From positions 6,944,001 to 7,008,000 of the forward strand of contig CP075496.1 in the NCBI GenBank assembly GCA_021613535.1: 64,000 nucleotides of DNA. Reading direction: 5' to 3'. Each line of letters opens with the position of its first letter. Positions within the stretch are counted from its first letter, which is position 1. The translations under genes were made by a program, and so were the position numbers. Below the pieces are notes generated by a model. That model saw only the letters and a program-made list of their open reading frames with translations. It did no database searches and had not been told where the DNA came from. This document shows positions 53,101 through 64,000 of the stretch, piece after piece. The stretch comes from Adineta vaga. Taxonomy: Eukaryota; Animalia; Rotifera.

Positions 53101-56024
53101 AAGTTTGCTTTTTTTCTTTCAATAAATAAAATCAATACAGAACTTCTTTTGTCAATATTCTATTTGAATAACTCACTATGTTACAACAGAAAAGAAAATT
53201 ATATGGTTTAGTTCTAATCTTGATGATGAAAAATTACAAACAATCATCGATATGACAATCATGATTGATATCTTGTCCACCTCGAAAGATAATCGAATTA
53301 TTTAGGAATATTACAACATCTTCATCATGTTTCTTTCGAATAGTTTTCATTTTAAAACGGAACATCAACTGCTGAATGATATTATATAATTCATTAGAAA
53401 TCAATCATGAATGAATGTCAAGTGCGAACATGCATGTCAATATCAACATAGAATTCTTTGGCTATTCAATAGAAATCTATCTCTATTGACATTTTTATTT
53501 AACAATGTTAATTGTCTAATAATAAACTAAAGTAATGTGAAGAAGAAGAAAAAAATCTTAAAGACAATACTTCAAACTTTCGAATGTAAATAATTAAACA
53601 CTAAGATCAAAGAAAGTGAAAGTCATTCATCGTTATATTAACACCAATCACTAGTTCACACTTTATTATCAAACATTGATACTCAAAGAAGAAAGAAAAT
53701 ACACATATCATGCATGGAGATTCGTTTTTTCTTTTTTCATTTCGTTTATCTCAATCCGTCAATATTGCAACAAAATAATTCGATGATTTTATGTCAGATG
53801 ACAAAAAAAGTTAATTTTCATCGATTTGATTGTATATATTCATAAATATAAAGTGATTATTTTCTACACAAATCTTATTCGCTATTAATCGTACACGACA
53901 CACTAGCGTTTGTTTGATTCGTGCTCGATTAGAACTATCGTTTAATATATATATATATATATTATATGTGCGCACATGCATATTCATATAAAGAAAGGAG
54001 AAAACATAATCATCATCATCAACATTGATATGTATGATATGAGAGAGGCGTATAATTTTTACCTTTCTCTTTCTTTCCTTTTCTTTTCTCAATACACTTG
54101 TGTCGATATAAAGAATGTTTGTTAACATGCACAGGTAACTTAAATCCGATTAGAAGTTCAATTGTTCTTTCTGTCATTCATAAAGCAATGATCGACAGGT
54201 GAAGAGAGAGAGAGGGAGAGAGAGAAAGACAAGGAAAAAAACGAAATAAGTTTGTTTTTTTGCATGTGTTGTATATACAAGTATAGAGGAAGGGCACTTG
54301 CCATGTCGATTGGTTGATTTCCCTAGACGAGACAAGGAATAGACTGAAGTTTCTCATTCGTGTGTGTGTGTGTGTTTTTACTGTTGTTAGTTATTCTGCA
54401 TCTTCTTTAGAAAAACAGACAGACATTCAAGTTAGAATAAAACGAGATGCAATCTTTTCGATTGCTGCCGGCGATCAATCGAACGATTGATCGATGATAA
54501 GTAGCCTCGAATGTATAAGGTCTTTCAATATCATTTCGTTGCCTTGCATTAAATGATTTTTTTTCATGCATATATATATATAAACTTCAGACATTGTCAA
54601 CAAGTTTTTTTCTTAGTTTACTCATCGATCAAAACGCCTTTAACGACTCTCATATATTTCTGTATTTTGTCTTATATGTGGAGAGAGCGAGGAACGAAAT
54701 AATGACAATGATTGTTATCACTTGAGCGTGTCACAACTCATCGTCTTTCGTACTAGATCGCTGTTCATTGAACATATCCATCATCATATTCGCCCTTCTA
54801 GCTAATACTTTTATATGAAACAAGAAGCGCGCGAGAAATAGAGAAGAAGAGAGAGAGAGGCGTGCACTAAATATAGACGGATGGTTATCGGAAGAGCACG
54901 CGAACAGGCGTCGCTGTCGTCGTCGTCGTCGTCGTCATTTCAACGTTGAATTAGATCACTCTTCATTTTGTCTATTTGAAAAGCAAATATCGATAAATAT
55001 TTGACGTGTTCAGTGATACTCTATAATTATCGTGTTAAGAAAACGAAAAGAAACATGCCAATCAACATCAAACACAAGTAAAAGAACAACAATGACGACC
55101 TATGATCATCGTCTTCATCATCATCACACTTGAGTTTTATTTTATTCATAATAATGTGCTTGCTCACTCGTTCGATCGATGTATAAGAATGAATGTGCGT
55201 GTTGACTTCTTCTATAGCATCACTATGATTGATTAGCATATTTTATTTCAATATGGTACAACTCAACAGTGTTTCTTCTTTTGTTTGCTTCTTCTCTTTT
55301 ACTGCTGTTGCCATACAAAGTGTATTAAACATCGTGTTTAACATATGTCAATGTACAGAAATAAGAGAAAGAGAGAGAGAGGTGTATGTGGGCCGTAGGC
55401 AAATAGAAACGAGATTTCTATGGGCTGATTAAATTATAAATTTTTTTTCAATATATTAAAGAAGAAAAACAAGGATGTGTCGCAGCTGTACTTTGGTGAT
55501 GATCATCATCATTCAGCGAATAATTGTTAGTGTGAAATATCAATTAAACGAAGGAGAAGAAGATCAAAAGAGTGAACTCATCATTGAAGTTAAAATGCGT
55601 TGACTTTTCAATATAAATAGATTTCAATGTTGTTTACCACCATTGATCTACGCATCGATAGATGATAAGACAAACATTGTCGAACGAAAAGGTGTTGTGT
55701 GTATCGACTTATCGAATATAACAATCTTTCTTCTCTGAAGAGCGAAGAAGGAGAGGATAGACATGAAACAAACTAATGGACAGCTATTAGACACTTGACG
55801 AGTCAGAAGAAGAAAAAACGAGACAATCTTTATCCAGCGTATGTGTGTGAAGCACACACGTTAACTTGACACTTTTTCAATCTGATCTTTTGACTTGAAG
55901 ATCGTTTTAATATACATTTATATTTTTCACAACAAAATACAAAAAAAAATGAATTGACAAAGAAAAAGAAAGAAAAAGAATGTTTCGGTTCGCGATTTAT
56001 TTCCATGATGTCAATTGAGAAACA

Positions 56025-57272
56025 TTATTTCGTCGGTGAACAACTAGTTGATGAGGAATTGGGAGATGATAAAGAATTTGTTGAATGATCCGATGAATGT
56101 GATGATGGTGAACTTGTTGATGGTGGAGGAAACAATAAATATGGTATCGAAGGTGTAATATAGGGATGAATGATATGTGGTGATGATGTTGATGATGATG
56201 TTGATGTTGATGTTAAAGATGAATTTGTTCGATTAGTTTCATTCGATTGAACAACATCAACAAGTGACCAAATTTTCGGACGATTTGTTGGTGGTGGTTG
56301 AAATGAATTTGTTTGATTATCATCATCATTGTCATCACGTTTACGTTTTAAATTAGTTAAATTTGATGATTTTACTGTTTGTTCTTGATGAATAACAACA
56401 TGAGATTCATTTTCATTCTCATTTTCATCATCGACATCATCATCTTCATCATCTTCATCATCATCTTCTTCTTCTTCTTCACTTTTACTATTATTGGTTG
56501 TTCGATGAAGTTTATTTTCTTTTTTTAAACGTCGTCGAGCATTAGCAAACCATGTTGAAACTTGTGTTAATGTCATTTTTGTAACCATTGCTAGGACCAT
56601 TTTTTCATTCTTGGTTGGATAAGGATTTTTCCGATGTTCATAAAGCCATGCTTTAAGTGTTGCTTTAATAAAAAGAAAAAAGAGAAAATACAGATGATGA
56701 TGATGATGCTGATGAATTCATGGAAAATGATCCCATCCACTTAAAGAGGCTCAAAGGAATTTAATCAAATGTTTTTTAATGCGTCTTTTCTTGTGGAAAA
56801 AAAAGACGGGGGACACCAGAGGAATGTAACGTATGCAATCGATCTGCATATCAAACGAGATGAGATTTTTCGGTTAGTCACGTCTTTTTTTGTCATCAAG
56901 CAACTAACTAACGCGTCCGCATTTTTTATATGATGATGAGAAACAAATAATATTGATGATATTGACTTATGGGAATAAACACGTTTGTCATTAACTTACC
57001 CGTTGTTTCACGTGTTGCATTTTTTCGTTTATGATTTGGATCATTAAGACTAGAATAGAAAAAGAAACAGTTTTCTTTCGAAAAGAAATAACAAAAGATT
57101 CTATTTACGCTAAATTATAATAGAAAAATGGTTGCATTGTTGGATCCATCCATGAATTTGGTCGATACATATTCGGTGGTAATTTTGGTGCAGTATTAAT
57201 TAATGATGGCATCATTGAAAGATGAGAGTAGAATGAAGAAAGTTCGACAGAATTATTTGTGAGTGAACTCAT
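56025..57272 (-). CDS. IRX: Iroquois-class TALE homeobox protein
   Basis: Three exons (57272-57109, 57049-57000, 56662-56025) encode [60 protein letters not shown], an acidic tract and the IRO box [10 protein letters not shown]. Confidence 0.97.
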
Positions 57273-57518
57273 TTTTTACTTTTCTAAATGAGATGAAAAT
57301 GTATAAGCGAGAGTGAAAGGTGGGTCTAGTCTGTTTTTTTTTGCATGTAAAAATGCTTGTCGAACAACACGAAGAGCAAATCGGATGTATGCATTTTCTC
57401 TCTTATTAAAGCGAGAGAGAGACAGAGAGACAGAGAGCGAGAGGAAAAAAACGAAAGAAGAAAAATAGCGAGAAGACAGACAACATCGTACGTAAAGAAG
57501 AAGAAAAAACCGTTGTCA

Positions 57519-57531
57519 ATTGGCCAATCAG
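57519..57531. promoter_or_regulatory. Palindromic double CCAAT box upstream of Iroquois
   Basis: ATTGGCCAATCAG about 250 nt upstream of the Irx ATG, next to GA-rich sequence. Confidence 0.45.
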
Positions 57532-58854
57532 AAATTTTCTCTCTCTCCTAGTTCTTACTACCAATCTGTTTGTTCGACGAGGGCAAATTAAATAAATGAG
57601 CCGAAGAGAAAAAAAGAAGCTCACTATACCGTGACTACCTTCATAATAATATCGATTTGCAAACACCTTTCGTTTTTCGTTTGCATTGAGAGAAATTAGT
57701 GTACATGTAAACTAGCTCTTTTTTCGTTTTTTTTTGTGTCTTATTAATAGCTTTTATTACATTACCTTGTGATCGATTGTGTTAGATGACATAGAATTAT
57801 TTGAAATGTGAATGGATACAAAAAACGAGAGAGAGAGAGAAAAAAAACAGGAAGATTTTTCATGAATCAAAAAAGATACGAAGTGTTTGAAATGTATTTA
57901 TGTTACTGTAATAATATATTGTCATTATGAAGTGTTACTCATGGAGATATATAAATATATTATTTAAGAATAGACTACTAAGAGCATATTTTAAAGATTA
58001 CCTTGAATATTATCGTTGTTATTTTGAGTGGATTGAATAATTACTTGAATATGGTAATCATTCAAGTGGATCGTATGTTATTCTATTTAACGGACTAACT
58101 TTTAATGATAATAATCATTGATGAATAAATAAACGTTGGAAAGATCCGATTCTGTGTAATTCGACGAGAGTTAATATTTATTTAAATGAATATTTAATTT
58201 TTCAAGATGATTAAATCGAAATTTGATCTTTTCAAAATGAGAAAAGAAATTGTTTCTTGCTATTCGTCACACGCGTTTCTACACTTGAATTTCGTAATAA
58301 TGCACACAACAGGAGTGAATGTTTCCTCATCGATCAAATTCGACACGCTTTTTCTTCTTTCCTTCTGGATAGAACTGGCAAGGTTCATTAGCTGAAGAGA
58401 AGAGAAACTTCTCATTGTGAGATTAGTGAGTGTGATGTCATTTCGAATCGATCTTTTTCCTCTTGAAAAATGTCTACATATCAATTGTTTTGGATGGGAA
58501 AACGACAAGCACATAACGATCATTACAAAAGAAAAATATTCAAGCTATTAATTCCTCGTTTGTTCGTACATACATATATTTACACTGCACGATAGCGACG
58601 TCTATAATCCATTGAAGAGGAAAAAAAACGATCATTGATCTTTAAAGATTGATAAGAATTTTTCTATGGAAAAGAAAAAAAAAGAATGAATGAATTTTTC
58701 AATAGGAAATCTTTTCGAAGGCACTGAAGAACCATCTGAATATGAATTTGTGAAATGAATCATTTGCAAAAGAGATTAAATTTGTGCGGGTAGAACTGAA
58801 AGAGAAACGTGTTTTTTTCTTGTAGATTTTTTTGTTTTTTTTCTTCTACTTTCT

Positions 58855-59693
58855 ATGCGTGAACAAATGGTTTTGGATGAAAAAATTGTCGGCGTGGAAT
58901 TAAGTGCCAGTAAAAAACAATTCAAATGGCCTGTGAATGATACTGAAAAGAAAGTTAAAGATAATGAAGATGATGATAATGAAAGCAGCGATGAAATGTC
59001 TGCTTTACAAAAGAGTTTTGTTGTTCACAGTGTAAGTTAGAGTTGTTGAATACGATTTATATCGATGTCTTTATTTGATTCTAGGCAGTACTTGGTGTTG
59101 GAGCCAAAGCTGATCAACGAAATTTAGTTCATTTAACAATCAAAGATGCTACTGGTGATAAAGTCATTCTTGATCAACCAATTCTTTCTTTATCATTGAA
59201 TAAAAATGATTCTGTATGATTATTTTTTATCCGTTGAATCTGAATTTTATCGTTTTTTTTTATTCTCTTAATTTAGATCTCAGCATTTAATCTCCGTGTT
59301 TTATTAAGTGAAACAACTGAAGTAACATTTAAATTAGTCGAAGGTGATGGTCCGGTTCATTTAATTACTTCTAAAATACTTGGTAAGAATGAAGATAGTT
59401 GTTAACAAAAAGTAAAACATGTCTCTTCGCCTTTTTTTCTTCACTAAGAACCTCCATTCGATTTCGGTGGTTATTCATCTGATGATGATGAAGATCAATT
59501 TGATAACATGAGTGTTACCAGTGATGAAGATCTTCCTCAAAATGCTGGTGATCGAAAAGCTCAAACAAATTTATCAGAAAAAACTTCAAAAAAATCCAAA
59601 AAAAATCCAGTGGGATCGGTAAATAGTCATACAAACAATAACAATTCATCGGAATTGCAACAACAGAAGAAAAAACGAAAGAAAGATGAATAA
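58855..59693 (+). CDS. Nucleoplasmin-like (NPL domain) histone chaperone
   Basis: Four exons encode GVELSASKK, AVLGVGAK..RNLVHL, PILSL and VTFKLVEGDGPVHL (NPL signature FxLxxGxGPVHL), acidic tracts and a C-terminal NLS KKKRKK. Confidence 0.88.
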
Positions 59694-59924
59694 AGATATG
59701 AAGAAATATCCAAGTATTTTTGTGTCTTTTTCCAATTGACAAAAGAACAATAGTGGAACACAAAAAGAAAAAGAAGAGAAAATTTTGTTGTTATTCGTTC
59801 ATTTGTTATTATGTGGTTTGTTCTCTTTTTTTTTGTCATTGACTTTACATGTGAATGATTACAACCCCGATATGAAATAGATAAAAAGAAACAAAAAAAA
59901 AAGTGAAGAAAATTCTTTTGTAAA

Positions 59925-62900
59925 CTACCACACAGTACATTTATCTATTCGACTGTTGTTTTGCCCTGGCTTACAACCAAATACACGATCAAAAGCAACA
60001 AAATTCGATGTAGAACCAAGTACTCTAGAATAAAAAATCAGCATAGATGTTTTTTTTGAAAAGATTTTGTCACTTACCGGAATTGTCCAGGAGTATGAAC
60101 ACCAGCCAAAACTCGACTCATAGCATATGAATTAGTCATTTTTGAACACCATACTTGTGCATAATTAATAAAAAACATTTGTTCAGATGAATATTTTGTT
60201 AGACCTGGTAATTTTTTATCGATATTTCCGTGTAAGCGAGTCCATTTTTGATAAGCCTACAAACATACACATGAATCAAATTAATATTCTTAACACACAG
60301 AGTCAAAAGAATCCTCTCGTAACTTACATAGAATGCTTCTTTAATTCCTCCATTATCGGCAATATTTTCTCCTTGAGTTTGATTGCCATTTATCTAGAAT
60401 AGATTGAAATAAGTATTATAAAACAAATCATATTGTAACTTACAGTCGTATTAATTTGTTCAAGAAGATATTGACTATATTGTTCAACAATACAAGTTTT
60501 ACGTTTATTAAATCGATTAATTGTTTCTGGTGTCCACCAAAGTATTCGATTTCCATCTTTATCAAATTGACGACCATTGTCATCAAAACCATGTGTAATT
60601 TCATGCCCAATAACCGCTCCGATTCCTATACATCCACACTCATTTTCTTTCTTTCTTTCATGTCAACTTACCTCCATAATTCAAATATCTAAATAGTGCA
60701 AAGAAATATCATTTGTATTTAAACAAAACAAAACGAAACAAATTCCTACTTTGGTGCATCTTTATTGAAAAATGGCATTTGAAGTATACCAGCAGGAAAT
60801 GCTACAAAAAGAAAAGAAAAGAAAAGAAGAATTTATTTCTCATAACGAAAAAATAAGATGTTTACTGATTTGATTTTTCGACGGTATATAAAAAGCATTG
60901 ACAACTGTTGGTGGAGTCGATCCCCATGCTTTTCGATCGACAGGTGTACGAAATACTTTGAAATTTTCCTTTGCTTTTAATCGTAATATTAATAGAATAT
61001 TATGAATATAAGATTCATTGAAATTATACTAGATCAAACAAATTCATTTGCATAACATATGAGAATTGATTTAAGATGATTTTTCATACTTCAGCATAAT
61101 CTTCTTCTAATTCTGTTACATTATCACTACCTAAATATTCTGGATAACCAATTTTTTCATCGATATCCAATGCCTAGAAGAAAATCATGTAAATTTTATA
61201 GATTTCATTTTTGATTTACTTTATCAATTGCTTTACGTTTTGAAATATCATCCATCCAGGTAGATTCATTAAGCATATCAATAAATGCACTTCGAATATT
61301 TCTAATCATTTCCAAAGACTAAATATACACAAGAGAAATTTTGTTTGATGATATTTACAATATGAACTATCTTCATACCTGATTTCTTGCATTTTCATCG
61401 AAATATTTCTTAATATAAAGTTTAGCAACTGCAAAACCCATATTATTATTAACATATGCTCCACATGTTATTGATCGTGCACGTTCGGCAGATGTACCAC
61501 GAAGTGTTCTATCAAATTGTTCTCTGATACTTCGATAACGTTTTGGCATATTTGCTGCTCTATTCATCATAAATCGCCAGATAAAGTAATTCTGTAGAAC
61601 ACGTGGTGATTCTTTAGCAATGGTGAGTGAAGCATTACGAAGAAATTCACCTTCACTAATCGATATATTATCATGATCAAGTAAGGTAACATTAGCCAGA
61701 AGATAAATTTGACGAACATAATTCGTAAAATCAAACTGAAGAAGAAAAATTTCAGTTAAATAATGTAACAATGAATAAAATATATTTACACTAGTATTAA
61801 ATATTCTAGAAAGATTACTAATTGTAGTACGTATTGTTTCATTTTGTCTTGCTCGTTGTTCAGCAGCTGTCCAATGAAACTAGAATATACACATATTAAC
61901 GTTTTTCCTGAAAAATTAATTATCAAGAGATTGATTACAGAGGAGATCTTTTTTTCAAAATTATAGATATCTCGAACATCATTTTCAATAGTTGAGCTGC
62001 TATTTGATAAAGACAATGCTAAATCAGTAATAAATTGTCGATATGCTTTATTTAGTTTTGTATCATTCAAGTAATATTGTCGTTGTTCAAGACCAAGATC
62101 ACTTTGAGCAATCTAAATAACATCATGAAGATTAAATTGAATAAAATATTTTACTTTTATTGTACATACTCGAATATAATAAGCGGATGAATTCTTATCA
62201 TCTGTTGCTGTTCCACAATTAAAAATAACATTATTATTGTATTCACGTAATTTGATTAATAAACGTGAAAGATTAAAATGAGTTTCATTCCATGATGTGC
62301 CTTGTAGAATTGGCCAACCGCCAAGTTCATGATCAACTATAGATAGAACTGTATCGACACCAGCCGATTCAATAGCCACCTCATTCACACATGATGAATA
62401 TAAACGACGTGCATTAGAAATGGCTTTGATTTGAATTGTCTCATTTGGTTGTGGTGATGTTAGAATATCTAGAAATATAAAACAATAGATATTGATATAC
62501 ATATACATATAAAATAGACAGAGAAAGAACTTATTTGATAAGTAATTCGAAAAAACTATCACTAGGAACGAACAGAATCTTTGCTATTTGAAGTCATGCA
62601 ATAATTTCGCTTTAATATTCGAACATGTATCTTTATCTTACCGACGACATTATTGTCCAATTGATTTCGTAGCACATTGAATGTATCTTGAGCACCGGCT
62701 ATAATGAATATATAATTTTTTTCGTATAAAAATTTCAAAAAACGTAAATCTTCACTAACTATCATCGGGTATTCGATTATTCTTCAGCCAAGTTCCACAG
62801 GCAAATTTAAAAAAATCTTCACATGGTTCGATAGTTTCGTCAATACTTTCCAATAAATAATTTGCTAAACAAAAACAAACATCATGCAATTCTAATCGAT

Positions 62901-63358
62901 TCTTTTTCAAACCTGCTTTGATACACAATGGAGTTAAACATAGATCATTTTCAACTGAAAAGAAAAACAAAACAGAGTCAAATTAAATTTTTCAATCTTT
63001 TACCTGGTTTTGATTGTATTGTTTTAGTTTTTTCAATTGTAAATAAAATTGATAGTACAATAGTTGAAAGAAGAAATATAGCAGTAAGAATACCGAGTAA
63101 ATAGAAAACACTTTTCTTCACAGAAGATTTAACTGGTATTGGATCACTGCAAGGAAATAAGGGATTTAATGTATGATATTCTTCTTGTGTGTCTGCCACT
63201 TTTGATTTAAATTAATAGAAATATTTTATATTATATATACATAAATAAAAATAAAACAGTTTAAAAGAATGATTCTATTATATCAACGGAATAATATTCT
63301 TTGTTTTCATATATATATATTTAAAAGAGATTTTAATAAATAAATATCAATACTTACT
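59925..63358 (-). CDS. Neprilysin / M13 zinc metalloendopeptidase, type II membrane
   Basis: N-terminal [56 protein letters not shown] (HExxH), GENIADNGG and C-terminal CTVW*. Exon phases are consistent. The start is inferred across an intron. Confidence 0.96.
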
Positions 63359-64000
63359 TTTTTATAGGATAAGAATCAAGACAAAACTCAATAGGCATTA
63401 CGAATTATAAATCAATTCTATTCGCAATCTAACGTGAATATTTCTAATATCTTTCTTCTTTTACTTTTTCTGCTCTCTTTTCCGTGTGAATAATCTATGA
63501 CATAGTTTTCCCCTGACTATTACAATCAAAAATGTCAAACATGTATCAATGACTATAATTTTCTTACAAAATAGAATGTCTAACAGAAATGAAAAAAAAG
63601 AGAATGTATTTGAAGTGATAAGAACACTTCTGTTGTTGTTCTATTTGTTCTAGTCATTCTTGATCAAATTTCTTCCTACACACTTCTTTTTTTTGTCTTG
63701 CTCATGTGATCTATCACTAGTAATCAAATAATAAGTTCGAAATTTTTTTACTTTCTTCTATTTCACCAAAAAAAAAGAATATTGGTAATTACATACTTTA
63801 CGTATTTTTTCGTCATTTCTTGTCGAGTCTTTACTATGAAAGCAAACTTGTTTTTGTGATCAAATTCTTCTATTTAATGTTAATCAGTTCAGTTTATCAC
63901 CTATTCTATCTCACATGTTGTCATTATATAACGTAATTCCTTTGACATTCTCTTTTGTTTATAATCCATTGATAAATCATGTCTAGAGTGATCTTTTCTT

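Overview
Eukaryotic, very AT-rich, gene-dense window with many short (mostly about 50-70 nt) GT-AG introns. The style suggests a bdelloid rotifer, which is an inference from intron size, composition and gene content. About 22 protein-coding genes were reconstructed by eye: an aminergic GPCR (partial), a CaaX-tailed coiled-coil protein, a small membrane protein, NUDT9, GOLPH3, a Tyr-motif orphan, PTPN23/HD-PTP lacking its phosphatase domain, an orphan, hexokinase, NOL12/RRP17, TPR (hosting two nested genes), a COX7B/prag01-like protein, a divergent RAD6/UBE2A, AAK1/BMP2K, SPRING1, a TBC-like pseudo-GAP, a tetraspanin-like protein, Iroquois, a nucleoplasmin-like protein and an M13 neprilysin. 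No rRNA, tRNA, CRISPR array, intact transposon or clearly foreign gene was recognised. The most notable signals concern RNA processing. (1) Hexokinase has two mutually exclusive terminal exons, each encoding a version of the conserved DGSGxGAA helix. (2) A BEN-domain gene lies sense inside TPR intron 1 and can take TPR exon 1 in frame. (3) A five-gene same-strand, operon-like array has SPRING1 and the TBC-like gene in the same frame, separated by seven consecutive stop codons and one ATA. (4) There is an apparent frameshift in TPR and an intron-split start codon in neprilysin. Exon boundaries were read manually and may be off by a few bases.
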